Part shown: positions 10,833 to 24,448 of the stretch, piece after piece | How positions within the stretch are numbered: position 1 is the first letter of the stretch | Layout of the letters: the number at the start of each line of letters is the position of its first letter | Source: Catajapyx aquilonaris | Lineage: Eukaryota | Length of the DNA stretch: 55,414 bases | Direction of reading: 5' to 3' | Assembly: GCA_000934665.2 (NCBI GenBank) | Contig: KZ538138.1 | Span: 62,001 to 117,414 of the forward strand | Notes under the pieces: generated by a model | What the model was told of the DNA's origin: nothing | Seen by the model: the letters and a program-made list of their open reading frames with translations, nothing else | Databases searched by the model: none | Made by a program: the position numbers and the translations under genes

Positions 10833-13800
10833 TCCTTCCTGCCACTATTTTTCCAGTGTCAGCCAGCTCTAATTTCACGTACGATTGGGTGATACGCATA
10901 GTCATTATCAGTGAAACCAATTTGTTTCAATTAACTCCAATACACCACTATCCTAGAACAAAATAAAGAGTAAGGATCTTGTAGCGTCGGAATTGAAACC
11001 ATGAGGAAATTAAAGGACGAATGGATGTAGTCGGATGTAACTGCAGTGGGAAAATGAGGCGACGGTTTGCAGTGGAAGCCAAGGCAGTAAAAAAAGACGA
11101 GGTAGATGACGAGAAGAGGGGAAAAAGGGTATGACGGCAGAAGGAAGTGCAAGGGGAGGAGGAGGGGTGATAAGGAACGCTGATCCTGCAGCCTGGGTTA
11201 CGGTCGCCAGTTATCCCCAGACCGGATCCCTTTGGAGATTCACAGGCACCCTGGGAGCACTGTACGTATCCCTGTCGCTGATGCCGTTGCCCTTCCACCT
11301 CTGATGCCTCCAACCCTACTTGGAACACTATTGTGTCTGTGCCACAACTATAGTGTTATAAATATTAGTTACTAAGCGCATTGTAGCCTAATGCCGATAT
11401 GTGATGGTTCATTTCCTGTCGACAGCCCGTATCATTTAGGGATGAATAATTAATATTACAAAATCGACGGTGAACTCTGATCGCAATGTCAATAGGGATT
11501 GATTTTAGTGCTGGGTTGGCTGTGCTGTGGGGTAGGCGTTGAATCAAAATAAAAGGAGAACAGAGTCGTGGAAGGGGTGACACCACTGTCGTAAAGTTGA
11601 AGGGAGAAACATTCAAGTCAGCAAGAAATAGGCGAAAAAGCGAGGCGCATTTATGAGCACTAAATGTTGGCTCCTCTCTCTTTCTCCCGCCATCTTAGGC
11701 AGCAAAATAACCGAACTAATTGGATTAAAGTTCCGAAACTCTCGTAGGCAACTTTAATTAGTAACTACTTATACTTTCTTTGCAGCAATTAAGGTGGAGA
11801 TTTATCTCTGTTTTTTTGAATAATTGGGCCTTCCGTTTTTTTTGGGTGGGGCGAACTTTGGACGGAAATGTGAAAGTTTCTGGGTTCGCATTCTGGCGCC
11901 ACGTCACATCCTGTAACCGTATATCACGTGTTCCGGCCTGTACTAGGGCTAGAGTGTCAATTACAACCTAGTTTTTCACTTGCGATGTGTAACGTGTAAT
12001 TATTACCTACTGTAATCCCATAAACAGATTAGGGCAATTCACTCTATGATAATATGTATTGTACCTATTACGTATCGTTAGTGTAAATTCACGTGCCCCA
12101 TTGCCGGTGTGATTTATTAGCATAGGCAGGTGTAATAGTGTACTGTGCACTAGACTGCATCAAATGCTGTTTTCGAAGCTACCGAGTGATTGACACTCCT
12201 GCTGCTATTTGCTCTATGTGGCTTTTGCGATTTGCTGAGTTGCGAGCCGCCCACGGATATCTGCTGAAGAAGTTGACAAGTGAATGACATCGAGGGAGGA
12301 ACCCTTGTTGTTGAGGCAGATAACCAGTGCATTTGGGCGAAAGATGCTGAGGCTGCATCTGGGGAATGGACAATGGGAGCCAACGGAGAGCAGTCTCAGC
12401 CTTTCTTCCCTACTTGCCTCTTCCGGCGCCTTTATATACGTGGACCCGTCTCCTCTTCCGCCTCGTCGCGCTTCCAACTTGCTGAATTAACACCAAAAAG
12501 AGTCGTCTGCCCACTTGTCCGACGGATAAATCTCGGCCTGTCCTGCTCACTTTTACCCCCAGTCAGACCATGTCCTGCATAGTGGCTAGGTGTGTGCCTC
12601 GCATCATTATGTTTCCGACCGGTTGCAGGTTTGGCATGCTTTGAACCCACACCTTCCCTCTATTTCCCCCCATGGGATTGGAGCCCCCTACTTCCATTTA
12701 AAAGTACTTAGGGATATTTTGACTCATTCTCTAGAGAGGCAAACATCAAAGTACCTTCCAACACACAGGCATGAGCTATACACAATGCGGTGCAGTACAG
12801 GTCATCAGAGGAGCGCTGGTGCAGCAGTGGCGTGTGAAACCCCATTCCGGCCGACGAGCCCAACTGATCGCCAATAACGACGCTAGTTCTAGGAGCGCGA
12901 TTTTATGAAGCGTTCGGGAGAACATTCAATTAGCATATCGTGGGATCGCGAAATAACGAGCCCGGCACAAAATTAAGATGGTTAATTAAATGCCATTGGA
13001 GCTGGCCTCCCAACTGGACGTCGTAAAGTGCTAATGGGTGCATTTGCCGTTGCACCAACCCTCCCCTCATCTATTCGGATATACCCTGGGATGTACCCAC
13101 GGATGCGTACCAGAATTATTCGCGTTTGATATCCTGCTTGGAGCAGCGGGTAGAGCCTTCTCTGCCGGTTAATTAAAGCCCAGCGATTGGCAAGTGCCGC
13201 GTAAATCATCCTCGGATTGGCTCCATTAATATTTGGCTGCGGCGCTGGAAAGGTGTAATATCTTAGACGTCAAGGGCTGAGTTATAGAGCGCGAGGAGGA
13301 GGCGCCCCGAGGTTATTTTTCACGCTCTTTTGGGCCCGGGAGTGGAGTGAGGTGGAGGAGGGTTGAGGCGCCACCAAAATGAAGAGATGGATGGATGGAT
13401 TGCCTCTCGGCACTTTCCTCACACAATATTGAGCCGGTTGTGGTTGTCCTGCGCCAATATCGGAATGCTTTGGTAATTAGCCGGCAGGGCCAGGCGGTTA
13501 AAACGCGACGCGACGCTCATCCACTGGGGTTGTTGGCAAGTTGAGAGCTTCGCCCGGAGATGGCGTTGGTGTCGGGCTGAGAAGGCGTCGAGCTAGTGTG
13601 TTCGCGCTTTAAACGGCCCATGTGGCCAGGTCGATTCTGACCGCCTAAACTGCCCCCGCTTTAAGAGTTACGCGTCTTTTCATTCTGGCCGGCGGCCCTT
13701 TCTCGTGTTCCGCCAAACCGAGTCCACTTAAAGGCGCTGGCAGGCGAAAGAATTCAGTTTCCTGGCAACGCCGGATTAGGATTTAGCAGCGAGGCCGGAA

Positions 13801-14042
13801 GGAAGCCTCTGAAATGAATTCCGGTTAGGCGAGCTGCGTCTCCTTTGTTGTTGGACGCGGAAATGCTGCCTCCTGCGACCTGTCCGCAATTCACGGACAG
13901 CCTGAGTCCGGAGAGTGTCTCGGGCGTGGTGGTCAGGCCTCTTCTTACACGCTTGTTTGCACCATTGGCTTCTGCTTGTCGCGTCGACCCAGGATTTCAC
14001 TTGCGCTCTCCTTACCGCTGGAACGTCTCTAGTGTCTGGCGC

Positions 14043-14263
14043 TTATTGGAGACCGGGGTCATCCGAGTATGCAAATTCAAGCGCTTCTGGAGAAAGTGGG
14101 GGGCATACCTGCTTGGAGTATTGTGGTGAGGAAATGAGGCTCGAGTCAAGAGGGTGCGGGTGGAACGGCCGGCCAATCACCGTGGAGGAGCACTCTGATT
14201 GGATGGACGCGCTCGGCAACGGGCTTAAGTTGCTCAGACGCGCTGATTTGCGTAAGTGACGCA
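14043..14263. promoter_or_regulatory. Promoter/enhancer-like motif cluster
   Basis: Octamer ATGCAAAT at 14069-14076, inverted CCAAT pair GGCCAATCA (14171-14179) and TGATTGG (14196-14202), and TGACGCA at 14257, next to a CpG-rich stretch. Motif matches only. Confidence 0.3.
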
Positions 14264-17200
14264 GAATCTGACACCACTACTAAACCCCCAATAAGCCTAT
14301 GCAGCATCAGAATGCAATCGTATTCAACCTCAGGCTCAGGGACGCAAGCCTCCCAGCCACTGAGCTAACACTGGCAATCCGGGGCTTGCGGATACAAGCT
14401 CTTTATGGCCACCATTTTTGGGCATACCACACAAACTGCGCGCACGTCATAAAAATTTTCCCAATTGCAATGCCTCTAGCAAGTGTTGATATGTTCAGCG
14501 GAATGAACTGGTTGGAAGGGCAGGGGCAGGACCAGAGGGTCAATTTGCGAACTAGCGGTAGTCGATAGGAGGAATTAATGCCGGCTGGTGCCGCAAAGAA
14601 AGGGGGCTTATCCCTGGCGCCCAGAGCGGCGATTCTTCTTGGGATTAGCTCGGCGCCAGCTGGTGAGCAAGACGAATGGGGATCCCTTCTCCCATTGGCC
14701 CAAGCAAGCAACGGGGAAGCAGACCAACCCTCTGATTAAAAAGGGGGGTGGCAGGGGGCCATTATAGGCTGCATACAAGATGCTGGAATAATTAGGTTTG
14801 TAGTGGAATCTGCCTATGAATATTAACCAAGTTCAGATGACGCCACAGGGTGGATAGGAAAATTCGCGAGTATCGCCCTGTCAGGGGTTGTCACCAGTGA
14901 ATACCGACTGTAGGTGTGGAGAATACGGGAGAGAATGATTGAGGCTGCGAGTGGCCAACCAATTGGCAAATGGCTGCCTAAGAGAGTGAGCTGGGCCTAC
15001 TGAGACGGAGGTTCAATCGATGGGCCCTGCACTGCTTGCTTGTGCGGCGCACTCCGCGGGAAGCCCCTTCCTGGACAAACTGGGCCGATGTTGACCTTCT
15101 CGCCACGAATCACTTTGGGTGTCGTCGTTAAGCATGCATGAGCCACAAAACCATGTAATTAAAGCCCACCCTATTATAGGCGCTCAAGGCTATAGTCTCG
15201 CTATAATAGGAGACTGAAAAACCTATAGTATTGTTATATATGTTGACTTCACATTATATGGGCCTAAAATGAATATGTGGGCAAGATTTGATCGTAGGTC
15301 TTGAACCTAACTTGTATGATAATCCCCTGTTCATTCGGGAAAGTGGGGCCAGTTTATGGGCCCGCTATTCAGGGAGCTTTCGGGCATGAGAAATAGTGAT
15401 GTGTAGGTGGCAAGAAGCCGTGTATTATTCCGCTGAGAAGCAGCCACATAAATCACGGCGGCGGACTCCACAGCTTTGATTCGCCTCTCTGGAGATATTC
15501 GAGCTTTTCCCCCTAGTGGGTTCTGCCTTGGAGGAAAAATTTCGAACTAGGGAAATGCAGAAAGAGGGATGCGAGCATGTCAAAAGGTTGGAACGGATAA
15601 GTGACCCCGGGGCAGTTTGGTCAATTTAGGTCCCTTTGAATTCGCATGTAGAATATCAGTAGGGGAGCTGAACCAAAGGTTGGTATTTCCCTGGCGCCTT
15701 CTTTTGTGTTTTGGGTGCAGGGGTATACGTTGCGCATAAATCTTGGTCAGCCGGTTGTAGGCTGAGCATTGCCAGATAGTTAATGTCAAAGCAGCCATTT
15801 GGGCGATCGATCATTTCTAATTTATGGGCGGAAGAGGCGCCTTACGAAAAGCCAAGCGGAATCTGAAAAAGCTTGGGCCGGGCCTTCGCGCCTCCCCCAA
15901 ATTCATCTGCCTCCCAAATGCTGACAAATAACTCGATCCGACCGAGTCTGCTTTTGTTATTTTGGCACTTGATGCAGGGAAACCTCCGAAGCTTGCGCCC
16001 ATGGTCTCCCAGCAAGTCGCCAGGGACTGTGAATAAATCTTGGAAACCATTTCAGGTCACGAATATGGGCAAAATAATATAAAATTCAGGGAAGGGTGAT
16101 ATTTAACATTTTATTCTTACTTTGAAACCATTTTATTCGCTTTTGCGATAAAAATTGATAGCGATTTTATTGCCAGCAATTTTGTTGACAGCAATTTTGT
16201 CGCCGGCAATGTCACTGCCAGCAGTATTAATTTACGTACTAAAACGGCTTAAAATCTGTTTAAAAAAACATTTTCTGAGTAATTTATAGGTGGAAGATTT
16301 CCAGGGAAGAGCCACCCATCTTCTCTCAAAGGAGATCTGTTGTCTGTACCGAACATGCGACCCAAAACGCTCTTTGTACTAATTTGTTTTCGCCGCACCC
16401 TGTTTTTTGGAACGCCCTGAAGAATTTAATAAAGGGCGTGCAAAATGAAGTGCGGTGGAATTTGGGAGGCACGTGGGCCCCGCTTCAAGTGTCATTCCTG
16501 AGGTTGCAAAATTCTGCGTGCCCTGCACAAAGCCGGGCCCAGCCCACTGCCGCCGGCCACGGTCTGTGAAATCCGGGTTTGTGAAGGATGTTTCCCTCAA
16601 CAAGCTCAGCTGGGTCAGTAAGTGATTGAAAGGAGTTTGCCCAAATGCAACTGTGATGAGAGGTCCTTGGCCTCACTTGTAGAGATTATGGGCAGCGTGA
16701 TGACACGGTGACAGAAATTTGTGGGGGGTTTGACTTCCTGTATAAAGCCCGGTTATACCAGCATACTCTACATGGTCCTATGGGAACGGGTGGAGATTGG
16801 TATGGGGGCAATTCCCTTGTCCCGTTTAATTTCCTTGGCGGGAAGGACAGCTGCCATTCGCGCCCAATTAGCCCATGCGCACTCATAACGCCACAATCAA
16901 GCCTGTTATTGGGACGGCATGCTCGTCCACCAATTTTGATAAGCTGTCACTGCAATCTGTCATGCCGGGGCTTATCACTCCCCCGTTACGTTGTTTAGTG
17001 TTTATATATGTGCGCCTATGTGGCTATTATGTACTTGAATCATTGGCATTGCTGTCTATTCCCGGCAGACACTTTCATATTGACATGATCAATACAAACA
17101 ACCGTTGATTTTTCGCATTAAAAAAGGCATTATTTCGTCAAGAAGAAAGCGGCGTTTTGTTTTCAATCGGTCAATAAACAATATGGATCGAAACAAACCC

Positions 17201-18786
17201 ATTGTTTGTCCTGCACATGGCGATATGAAACACCCATCATGTGGCAAGAAAACCCCCAATGACGCTGTCCGACTGATGCCACATCAAATGTTCAAATTAA
17301 CGCGCATCAAAGTCCTGGCTTCCAAATTGGTAAGCAAACGTTTGTACCTATTAGTACAGTGCCAAAACCCCTGAAATGTCACCTAATGACGCAGATAATA
17401 GAGTGCAACTGGGTAGAGACGAGACCCCCGAAATTCTCGGTGGGATAAGAAGTAGTTAGTAGGTGGGGCAGGAGGAGGGCGGAGGGCCCCCTGAATAAAC
17501 TGGCAAGAAAGGAAATAGGATTGAGGTGCCATCATCAATCATGGGCGCCGTCATTCAGAAGCGGCAAAGTGGATGGAGGGCAGCGGCGGCGGCGGAGACG
17601 ACGACGGTGCTTTTGAGAACAAGGCGTCCTTTGCACTGACTTGATTTGCCCCACCCTCGGCCCCTTATATGGGTCCATTTGTCCGCCTTCTCGCCTGTCC
17701 TTCTGCAGCCGATTTCAAAAAGCCTGCATTTCCTATAGCACCTGACCAGGCTGCCGGCGACCAGGCTACACCAAGATAGTTCACATGGGGTTCAGCGCCA
17801 CCAAACGGATGGTCCGTGCCTCGCCGGGTGGCAATGCCGATAGATGAAACTAATTTGGCACCTGTCTTTCTGAATTTTGCATGCGTGCGTTGACAACACG
17901 CCGATAAAACTGTTTATCTGTCAAGTCCAGGGGGCCGTAAAATTATGTCGTAATGGTAGCCGTATACGCCCATCCCTCGAGACCCGGCCGGACAGCAGTC
18001 GCCGGGCATAAAGAATTTATTTGTTTTTTCTCCACCCCCTCCCTCCCTCCCTCCCCCTCTTTTCAAATGACTCACTTACTCCAGCAGTACACGATTTGCG
18101 ACACGTCCACTTGTCCAGTTGAGAATGCGGTGTTCGAGAGTAATTGGAGTCTAGGCGAGGTAAAACCACTGCCTGAACATTCCAGGGCAAATGAAAACAA
18201 GAGAGAAGGGGGTTTCCTCCCCCACTACTCCACCCCCTACCAAAACCTTCCACCCCACACACCCAGCGGCATGGGGAATGAGGCATCATCATCCCGATAG
18301 CGAGGAGATAGAAAGCGGTGATGAATGAAGGCAAACGTGATGGACGGCGCGCTTTGTATTCTCGTCCTATTTCGCGATGCGTCCGAGATATTCAACTCCC
18401 GTTGAATTATTATTGTTGGGCACGGGAGCATTTCGGTTGGGGGCCTAGGTTTCCTAGGATGGATGGATGGATGGATGCTTGGATTTGGATACACCCAAAC
18501 CCACCCTACAATAGGGGGTGGAGGTTGTTGTGCCTAATGGATTTCCTATAAAGTTATGAAGCCTATTGAGGGAGTTGATCCGGACCATTCCCCCTCTCGC
18601 CACATTCTTTTACCTAAGTACAACTCTTGGCTTTTAACTGGTTTGCAGAGTGGTGGAGCCATCCGTGAAGAAACTCGTGAGTTGCCCACAAATGGGTTGT
18701 CACTCACTGGAGGGTCCGAGAGTTGGCTGGAAAACCGGTATGTTCATTGTTCCTAGAACTCCTTCCAGATGGGTTGCACTCTACAG

Positions 18787-19366
18787 CAGCGGTTCCTAAA
18801 GTAGGTTCCGCGGAAGGATCATCAATGTTCCGCGAGTCAGTGCATTTACTACTACTTACTACTACTCTTATTTGAAACTGCAGTTTGTTTAATTTGAAGT
18901 CATCATATTGTGTGATCAACTTAGTAAAAGTTGTAACAAGTAAAAACATTACTAGAAATTTGTTTTGCATGTTAACAATTACTAGTTAATAGGGAGGCAT
19001 GGTGGTATAGTGGTTACGCCACTGGCCAGCCAAGCGGGAGGCCGGGGTTCAAATCCCGTCCCCGTCACCTCTGATTGGCTGGGTCTTTTTCCGCTTTTCA
19101 CCCGATATGCCGAGGCAGAATTGCACTCCCTACTCTGCCCAGGGTCAGGAGAAATGGTCTGGTGAATTTTCAGAAAGCCAGAAATGACTATAATTATTAC
19201 AGCACCCTCCCTTGGGGACCTCCCCTTCCCCCCTAAAAGGGCTCCGCCCTATCACGGGGTAAATAAAATAAAAGAAATTACTAGTTAAATTTTTATTGGG
19301 GTTGGTGTTCTGCCAAATAAGTGATTCGTTAAGGGTTCCGCGACTCAACAAGTTTGGGAACCGCTG
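18787..19366. mobile_element. hAT (Charlie-like) MITE interrupted by a SINE
   Basis: TIRs CAGCGGTTCCTAAAGT/AGTTTGGGAACCGCTG (14/16). Perfect 8-bp TSD CTCTACAG at 18779-18786 and 19367-19374. GGTTCCGCG occurs subterminally at both ends. Confidence 0.92.
18990..19275 (+). mobile_element. tRNA-Gly(GCC)-derived SINE, apparently full length
   Basis: Head GCATGGTGGTATAGTGG...GCCAGCCAAGCGGGAGGCCGGGGTTCAAATCCCG resembles eukaryotic tRNA-Gly(GCC). A box TGGTATAGTGG at 19003-19013, B box GGTTCAAATCC at 19046-19056, A-rich tail AAATAAAATAAAAGA. 13-bp TSD AATTACTAGTTAA at 18977-18989 and 19276-19288. Confidence 0.9.
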
Positions 19367-21008
19367 CTCTACAGAGTGGTACTCCATAGTCAGCTCATGA
19401 ATTTTTTTTCTAACTCTACTAGACCTATGCAATTTTGACACATGTTTGTTGAGCATGTGCCACGTCAGTCAGTCCCAGCGACGGTACCACAGGATAGCCG
19501 TCTTTTAGTTGGCGGCCAAGGTGCCACGCGGAAATTGGCTCACGTATGAGTTTGAAGAGCAATTTCCGGAGCTCCCCACACCTACCAACCCCATAGTTCC
19601 CTGGGCGGTAGGAGTAAGCCATCATATTGGAGGATTTAGTATTCGTTTCGAGTTGAGCTGGTATTGATTTAGGCGGTCTAATAGGTGCTATTTTTGTTAG
19701 GGGGGTTGCAACACACTGGAACCGGAGGCAAGGCGCCGCTATTTCTCGCCTGAAGCTGGCCCCTTTCGTGCTATCCGACAGCTTTCTTTTTAAACAGGGG
19801 CCCGTCCCTTCTTCGCTTTTTTTTTCTTTTTATAAACTCTCTACCATTGAATTTAAAATTAATAGCCTTTTGGAGGTCCGGGCTCGCCTATCGCCTCCGG
19901 AATCGCTTCTTCTGAACGGGGGACATTTCTGGGAAATTGTGTTGCTTGGGGTGTCATTTGTTTCCCTTCTGGGCTGGGAAAAATAAAAAATAATGTTGAC
20001 GTGCAGGTTAGGCTGGAAAGTGGCGCACAAATGGTGATTATGTTCGTATAGACATCCTCCTGCTGTCAAAACACTGTGAAGAATGGGTGGAGCTAGTTCA
20101 TTTTTATTATCAAGGGCAAGTTTGCAAGTGATGCCGATGCACGCTAGCCTTGTTCTATAGTGAAGGATTAATTTAAATCATTATTATAACTATAAACATA
20201 CGGTTATGACTGTATAATGCGTAGGGATAGTTTATTCTAATCCTCTCATTGTTTTGAAATTTGTAAAACGTGTTTACCTGGCGATTATTAGGATCTGTGT
20301 GGATATGGAGTGTTCTCCCCTTTACATAAGCCCTCTTTAATGAATTGATATGTTGCCATTGAAGTTACATCAGATGTGGTGGACAAATATCGCGCCAGTG
20401 CTGATTGCGGGCAGGACACGTTTGCAACATTTCGTAATTTACAAAGGAATGCTTGGATCAGTACTGTAAATTGTGAAATTCCCAACCCCCAAAAAGGGAA
20501 AAATGCGGATGTAATTTATTGATTGGATCATTTGTGGCCGCTTAACATAAAACATTTTACTTCAATTATGCCATTTTGCACCCCGACCCACATGACAACC
20601 GAAAAGCACTATTAGGTTATGGCTAATGGTGCATAAAGTGTGGCTAACAGTTGTTCCCAACGCCGTGTCTTAATCCAACCATTTCAATTGACGGGCGACA
20701 ATAAATTGTCGCAGTTATGCATCACCTGGTACTAATTAGATGTAATTGGGAACAGGCTTCAAGTCTTCCCTCATGACATATGCCTTCACTATCAAATGTC
20801 AACGATTTGTAACCATTTAAATATCAAAGGGCAGAAAAGTTGAGTTCTTGCAATTTGACACCTTGCATACCTTGCTCTCAAATTGTAGTGGAAGCCACGT
20901 CCATTTTATTCCCAGCCAGTATGTATGTGAATGATTTTGATATAAGATTGGCTGGCGAGAGGAAATGGGCGGGGCTCGTAAGGAACGAGCAATAAAGTAC
21001 AAAGTAGT

Positions 21009-21068
21009 GACTAAGAGTGTGGTCAGCAGCTGAAGACTAAGTGTGGTCAGCAGCTTAAGACTAAGTGT
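21009..21068. repeat. Short tandem duplication, ~24-26-bp unit, about 2.4 copies
   Basis: GACTAAG(A)GTGTGGTCAGCAGCT(G/T)AA occurs twice, followed by GACTAAGTGT. Confidence 0.85.
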
Positions 21069-21361
21069 AGTCTATTCAGCGTTTCCCACCGTAAATATCC
21101 TGGCAAGCTGTACGGCTTGAAGGGTCATCCGACGCTACTTTAACCCCTTTAAGCACCGTCAGCAGGCCCAACGACGAGCATAACCCAATCAACTCCTGAG
21201 GCACCGAATGCCTCCGTAATTAAGGCCTGGAAAGCGCCGAACAGAGGCTTATTTGGTCCCACTTCATCCCCGCCCCGTGGCGCTTCAGCCCCTGTTGGCC
21301 CCCAGAGGAAGACACCTCCTGATTGCTCCCTCCTAACCCGTTGAAAAGACTCTAATTTTGA

Positions 21362-21878
21362 TCCGCCATCTTGGGCTACCTCCGACTGACGTCACTCGCA
21401 GTGCGAAAAGAGCAGCGAACGAAGGGACCGCGTTAAAGAGCCGTGTTCGCGGAGAGATTACAGATGTACATGTAGAAGGGCAGGTAGAGAGCACGGGGCC
21501 GGATTTTGGAGTGGGGTCCCTCCGATAGTTGTGTTCCGGACGCCTGCGTGCAGACCTGGGCTGTGAGTGGCCTGGTTGGCGGCGACTAGACGGGGGCCCG
21601 AAAATCGGCAGCCTGCTCGGGCTCCGCACTTGCCTAGAAGGCCCTTCAGTCTCTGTTTGGACGGAGCCTTGGCCGGCCGCCTGTCTGTTTGCCTACCTGT
21701 CTCGCTTGCCCGTCATCTCTTCCCCGTGTCATCGACCAGCAACCTTCTTCTACCTGTTCCTTGACGGGAGCACCCGCGGAGAGTGGCCCGAAAGAGGCTG
21801 TGCACAGGCCAGTGACACACGGGATGTTTGCGCACCAACACTCGGCCAGTGGACACACTCGGCCGCTTACTGGTGAGT
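21362..21878 (+). promoter_or_regulatory. Candidate promoter plus first exon ending at a canonical splice donor
   Basis: YY1/Pho-like CCGCCATCTT at 21363 and CRE TGACGTCA at 21387-21394, then a GC/CpG-rich stretch ending CTG|GTGAGT (donor 21873-21878). ATG at 21824 gives MFAHQHSASGHTRPLT plus 1 nt. No homology evidence. Confidence 0.35.
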
Positions 21879-23413
21879 TTACCTCCTTTCAGTGTCAGGT
21901 GTGACCGTTAGAAAGAACCGTTACGACCGTTAGAAATAACCGTCTTCTCCTGGAAACTGCTTTTCCTGCTGAAAAATGTTTTCTGAAGGTGGTGCAACCG
22001 GACAAGGATGAAATCCATACGAATGCTGCTGCGCTCCATTGATCGCAAAACCGGAAAAGTTGGGAGCCACATACACATTGTACGCACATCGGGAAAGTTG
22101 GTTTGATTGCGACGCAGGTATGCGGACTGCCCCCCTCTTCACTGAAAGCACGCGCCGGGTGCAATAGCGAGCAACGTGCAGGCCTCCCCCCGTTTGGCAG
22201 GTCCGGCGTAATCCGGTGCGAAATGTAACTAATAGCAATAGGGAGGTTGAAATGTCGGTCGCGTTCCGTTGCGGTGGCCAGTTCAAAGGAATTCCGGTTA
22301 TTGGGTTTAAATGCGTCCTAATTCCATTCACCTGGAAATCCGGGTTCCAATTTCATCCCCCAATGAAATGTGTGTTAATTGAATCGGCCTTCCAGTTGAT
22401 TCGGGCCGACTTTGATTGGAAGCGGTTGTGATGCTGCACCAGGGGGGGTACCGTCGTACGCATTGTCGGGGACCCTGGCGGGTTCTTTATTTATGACGGC
22501 GCGGAAGTCGTCGGGGGTTCCTCTTAAAGGAGGCCAAATTGAGCGTGTTTGCGGCGCCAAACTTCCTTCCAAGCAGTTAATTAATCGAGTTATCGGCGGG
22601 ACGCGGGTTGGCCGGAATTCGCTGCAGCCGTGCGGTTGACCGCGCCTTTTCCTCTCCATCACCTCTCTCCTGTTTCCCCAAAACCCGAGGAATTCCGACC
22701 GAATAGGGGATTGCCCCTGGGGGAGCCCCCACCCAGGGCCAAACTAATAATTTGTACCTGATATAATGTCTGAATTTGGCACAAAAATACACATGGATGC
22801 GTCCTACCAAATGCCATAGTAAATATGCCGATATGGAAATGGCATCTATAAATAATCATTTGACACCGGTTACAATTATTAGCATCAGTTTTGGCTTCGG
22901 GCATGCGTCACCCTGTAGGCCTCTATACAGGGCGGTTCTTCATCAAGGGGTGTCATTCCACGCAGCGGGAGGTGTCTGCCTGATTAGCGGCCCCTGGCAG
23001 ATTCAATCTCGGGGCCTGATTCGCACAGTGGGCGTCTTTGAGTGTCACTTTGGCTGTTCTGGACACATTTGCATATGATCCGATTTCAAGTCGGGTCAGC
23101 CTGTATTTGGCCGGACCCCCTTGTTTAACCCCTTAGAATGACACGTTGTAGGCCAACCATCGATCCATGTTCGATTTCCCTCCCTTCCCACTTTTTGCCC
23201 ATTTTCCCCATTTCTGCCACGGATTCGCACGGCAAATTTGCACCAGCGCGAAAAGTCAACTCTGGAGGCACCGGGAACAATTACACCATCATATGAAATG
23301 AGCGCGGGGGCCGGCTTGAATCAAGAGTGGCCGGCAGGTGCGTATTGATGGAGGAAATAATTAGGCAACTACTCTCTGCTCGACGTGTGTTGGGCGATAT
23401 GAGACTAGGGATG

Positions 23414-23569
23414 TGCGTAAGGACGAGTCGCTCTGAAGGATGGCGGATGACTTGCGTAAGGGAGAGTCGCTCTGAAGGATGGCGGATGACTTGCGTAAGG
23501 GAGAGTCGCTCTGAAGGATGGCGGATGACTTGCGTAAGGGAGAGTCGCTCTGAAGGATGGCGGATGACT
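23414..23569. repeat. 39-bp minisatellite, 4 copies
   Basis: Unit TGCGTAAGGGAGAGTCGCTCTGAAGGATGGCGGATGACT; copies 2-4 are identical. Confidence 0.97.
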
Positions 23570-24448
23570 TCGGCTGACCAGTCCGGGCATGGGCAACTTA
23601 CACGGATTCAACCGTCAGCCCACACTTTAGTCGAAATTGAGTTAAGCACGTTCCGATGGTCCTATTCTGCTGAAGAAGTATTTGTGATAAAACTTGCTTC
23701 GAATTTAAATTTAATTTTGTTAATTTTATACTTTAATGTAGTTGTGCCGACTGGGCGAGAGCCTGAAACCCCTGTTAGTCGAGCGACACCCCCGCACACC
23801 ATTGTTGAACTCTATTTCAGCAGTAATGATGCAATTAGAGAGCCAAGTGAGGATAGCTGCTATCAGCCGTATCATATAAGAGTCTGCGTCGCGTTATCCC
23901 TCAGGACAGGCGCTACTCTGGAGAGTCCCTAGCTTTTCCTCCAGCTTTTGAGCATCCCTCCCGGACAGGCCGTCGCGTCTTATTTCCCGGCCGCACGCAT
24001 AAAAGCCTTGCGACTTGGCTTTTGTGGCGGATAAAGCAACATGCATGGGCCATTATTCAGTGGGCGTGGCCTCCGGGGGCTCATTAAGCTGTACGAGTGT
24101 AGCCGTAAGCGCAGACAAAGCTGCCTGCGAATTGGACGCCACGCTCAGATTTCCCCGACTCTCCAAAAGCTCTTATTTAAATGCTTTTGTAGGGAGAACA
24201 ACACGCGGCTAGTGGCCAGATAAGTCGTTATATTTTTTGTGCATTTGCGGTAATCCACTTGGGAGCAGAGCCTGAGGGGGCGCGGGCGGTTCCAAATTAA
24301 TTTAAATATGCTTTAGCAAGTTGGACTGTAGGGACCGGATTGAATAGCAGTAGTTCATGCACTTACCAGAACTGGTAACACCTGGTGGAGTCAGTGAGTG
24401 ACAGTACCAGTGAGGATTTGGATCCGCTCAGGATTTTCTTCCCCCCCC

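Noticed and set aside
16160..16230. 15-bp degenerate repeats (GCAATTTTGTTGACA-like)
   Set aside because: Probably a transposon fragment, but no termini could be defined.
18996..19068. Functional tRNA-Gly gene
   Set aside because: The acceptor and D stems pair poorly, and the sequence continues into a body, A-rich tail and TSD, which fits a SINE.
23327..23932. Longest ORF in the track (201 aa) as a gene
   Set aside because: It starts at GTG, is kept open partly by the 39-bp minisatellite, and has no recognisable domain. The repeats have no spacers, so this is not CRISPR either.
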